Source: Octopus sinensis (Eukaryota). From it: DNA of 64,000 nt. Location of the stretch: assembly GCF_006345805.1 (NCBI RefSeq), contig NC_042998.1:113336001-113400000 (forward strand), read 5' to 3'. Shown one piece after another: positions 63,174 through 64,000 of this stretch (position 1 is the first letter of the stretch; each line of letters starts with the position of its first letter). Both the position numbers and the translations under genes were made by a program. The notes under the pieces were generated by a model, which saw nothing but the letters and a program-made list of their open reading frames with translations, was not told the origin of the DNA and searched no databases.

Positions 63174-64000
63174 TCAGGTTTCAGATAGCTTTAATATAGA
63201 GAATTCAAAGAGTTTGTTATTGACTTTCTTAACTTGTTTCAATTCATCTTTCAGTTTCTTAATCAGTTCAGTTTTCTCATATTCGTTCATATCACTGTGT
63301 CCTTCTTCATAAGGAATATCCAAACTTGTTCCGGTATTCTTTACGGCTCTATTGTATGCAACAATTACATCACCGTTTTCTTCGGTGTAAGGTTCAAATA
63401 TACAAGATTGTGGTTGATTTTTCAAGAGGACAGTCCCAACAGTTTCACCTTCTTCGTCGACAGACTGAAGGTTTCGTTTCAGCTGGCCAAGTAGCCGCGT
63501 CGGTTTGTAGTTAGGGTTTAACATAGCTGGTGTGACAGGGCTAATCAAAACGTTGGTGACAGCACCTTTGTGAGGTAAGGTTCGTATACACTGGCCACTG
63601 CTGATATCCCAAATTTTAACGTTGCAGTCATCGGAACCCGAAATTAATTTGTCGCCCTCTTTTGACATTGCCAAACATGTAACTTGCTGATCGTGTCCAT
63701 TAAAAGCAGTAACTCGTTTTATCATAGCTGTATCACTCGCTACATGTCTCTGTCGGCTATTTGTGTTTTCAAAGAGATCCACCGTATAGATATGTCCATT
63801 TTTAGCTCCTGCGAATAAACAACTATCTGCTGCATCCATGACAACTGACGTTATTCCCACTGGGAAGACGAAATCACATAACAACTGACCCGAACATAAA
63901 TCCCACATCTTGCATGTTTGGTCAAGGGAAGCTGTTACGATTCGCGATCGAAGTCCTCCAGCACCAACGTGTATGTCAGTAATTGCCAATGAATGGTCTT
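63174..64000 (-). CDS. WDR18: WD repeat-containing protein 18 (rixosome/Ipi3 homolog), 3' part; frame open to window edge
   Basis: DHSLAITDIHVGAGGLRSRIVTASLDQTCKMWD...GHDQQVTCLAMS..LISGSDD..KGAVTN and C-terminal coiled coil match recalled WDR18; TGA at 63174-63176. Confidence 0.9.
   Translation of the reverse strand, partial: DHSLAITDIHVGAGGLRSRIVTASLDQTCKMWDLCSGQLLCDFVFPVGITSVVMDAADSCLFAGAKNGHIYTVDLFENTNSRQRHVASDTAMIKRVTAFNGHDQQVTCLAMSKEGDKLISGSDDCNVKIWDISSGQCIRTLPHKGAVTNVLISPVTPAMLNPNYKPTRLLGQLKRNLQSVDEEGETVGTVLLKNQPQSCIFEPYTEENGDVIVAYNRAVKNTGTSLDIPYEEGHSDMNEYEKTELIKKLKDELKQVKKVNNKLFEFSILKLSET

Overview
AT-rich, CpG-poor, repeat-dense animal genomic DNA. The repeat repertoire resembles an octopus/coleoid cephalopod (inference, not verified). 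Host genes: (1) the 3' 18 coding exons of importin-9 (IPO9, + strand, 1715-32998), which splice into one 737-codon frame only if one intron uses a GC donor; (2) a single-coding-exon ARL6/BBS3 (- strand, 56482-57054); (3) the uninterrupted 3' part of WDR18 (- strand, 63174 to the window end). The intergenic region holds a young Penelope-like retroelement with Naiad-type motifs (about 45629-49012), embedded in (TA)n. It has an intact 863-codon RT + GIY-YIG ORF with long Ser/Asn-rich inserts, and a type I hammerhead ribozyme near its 3' end. Nearby are a ~145-bp TA-flanked mini-element with a second, different, apparently intact hammerhead (43041-43125), a decayed hammerhead (33694-33737, - strand) and three microsatellite-adjacent foldback elements. 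Together these suggest a microsatellite-targeting Penelope/ribozyme mobilome. The rest is decayed RTE and CR1-like LINEs, tRNA-headed SINEs, TTAA and mariner MITEs, Helitron ends and microsatellites. Most short ORFs in the track are spurious.
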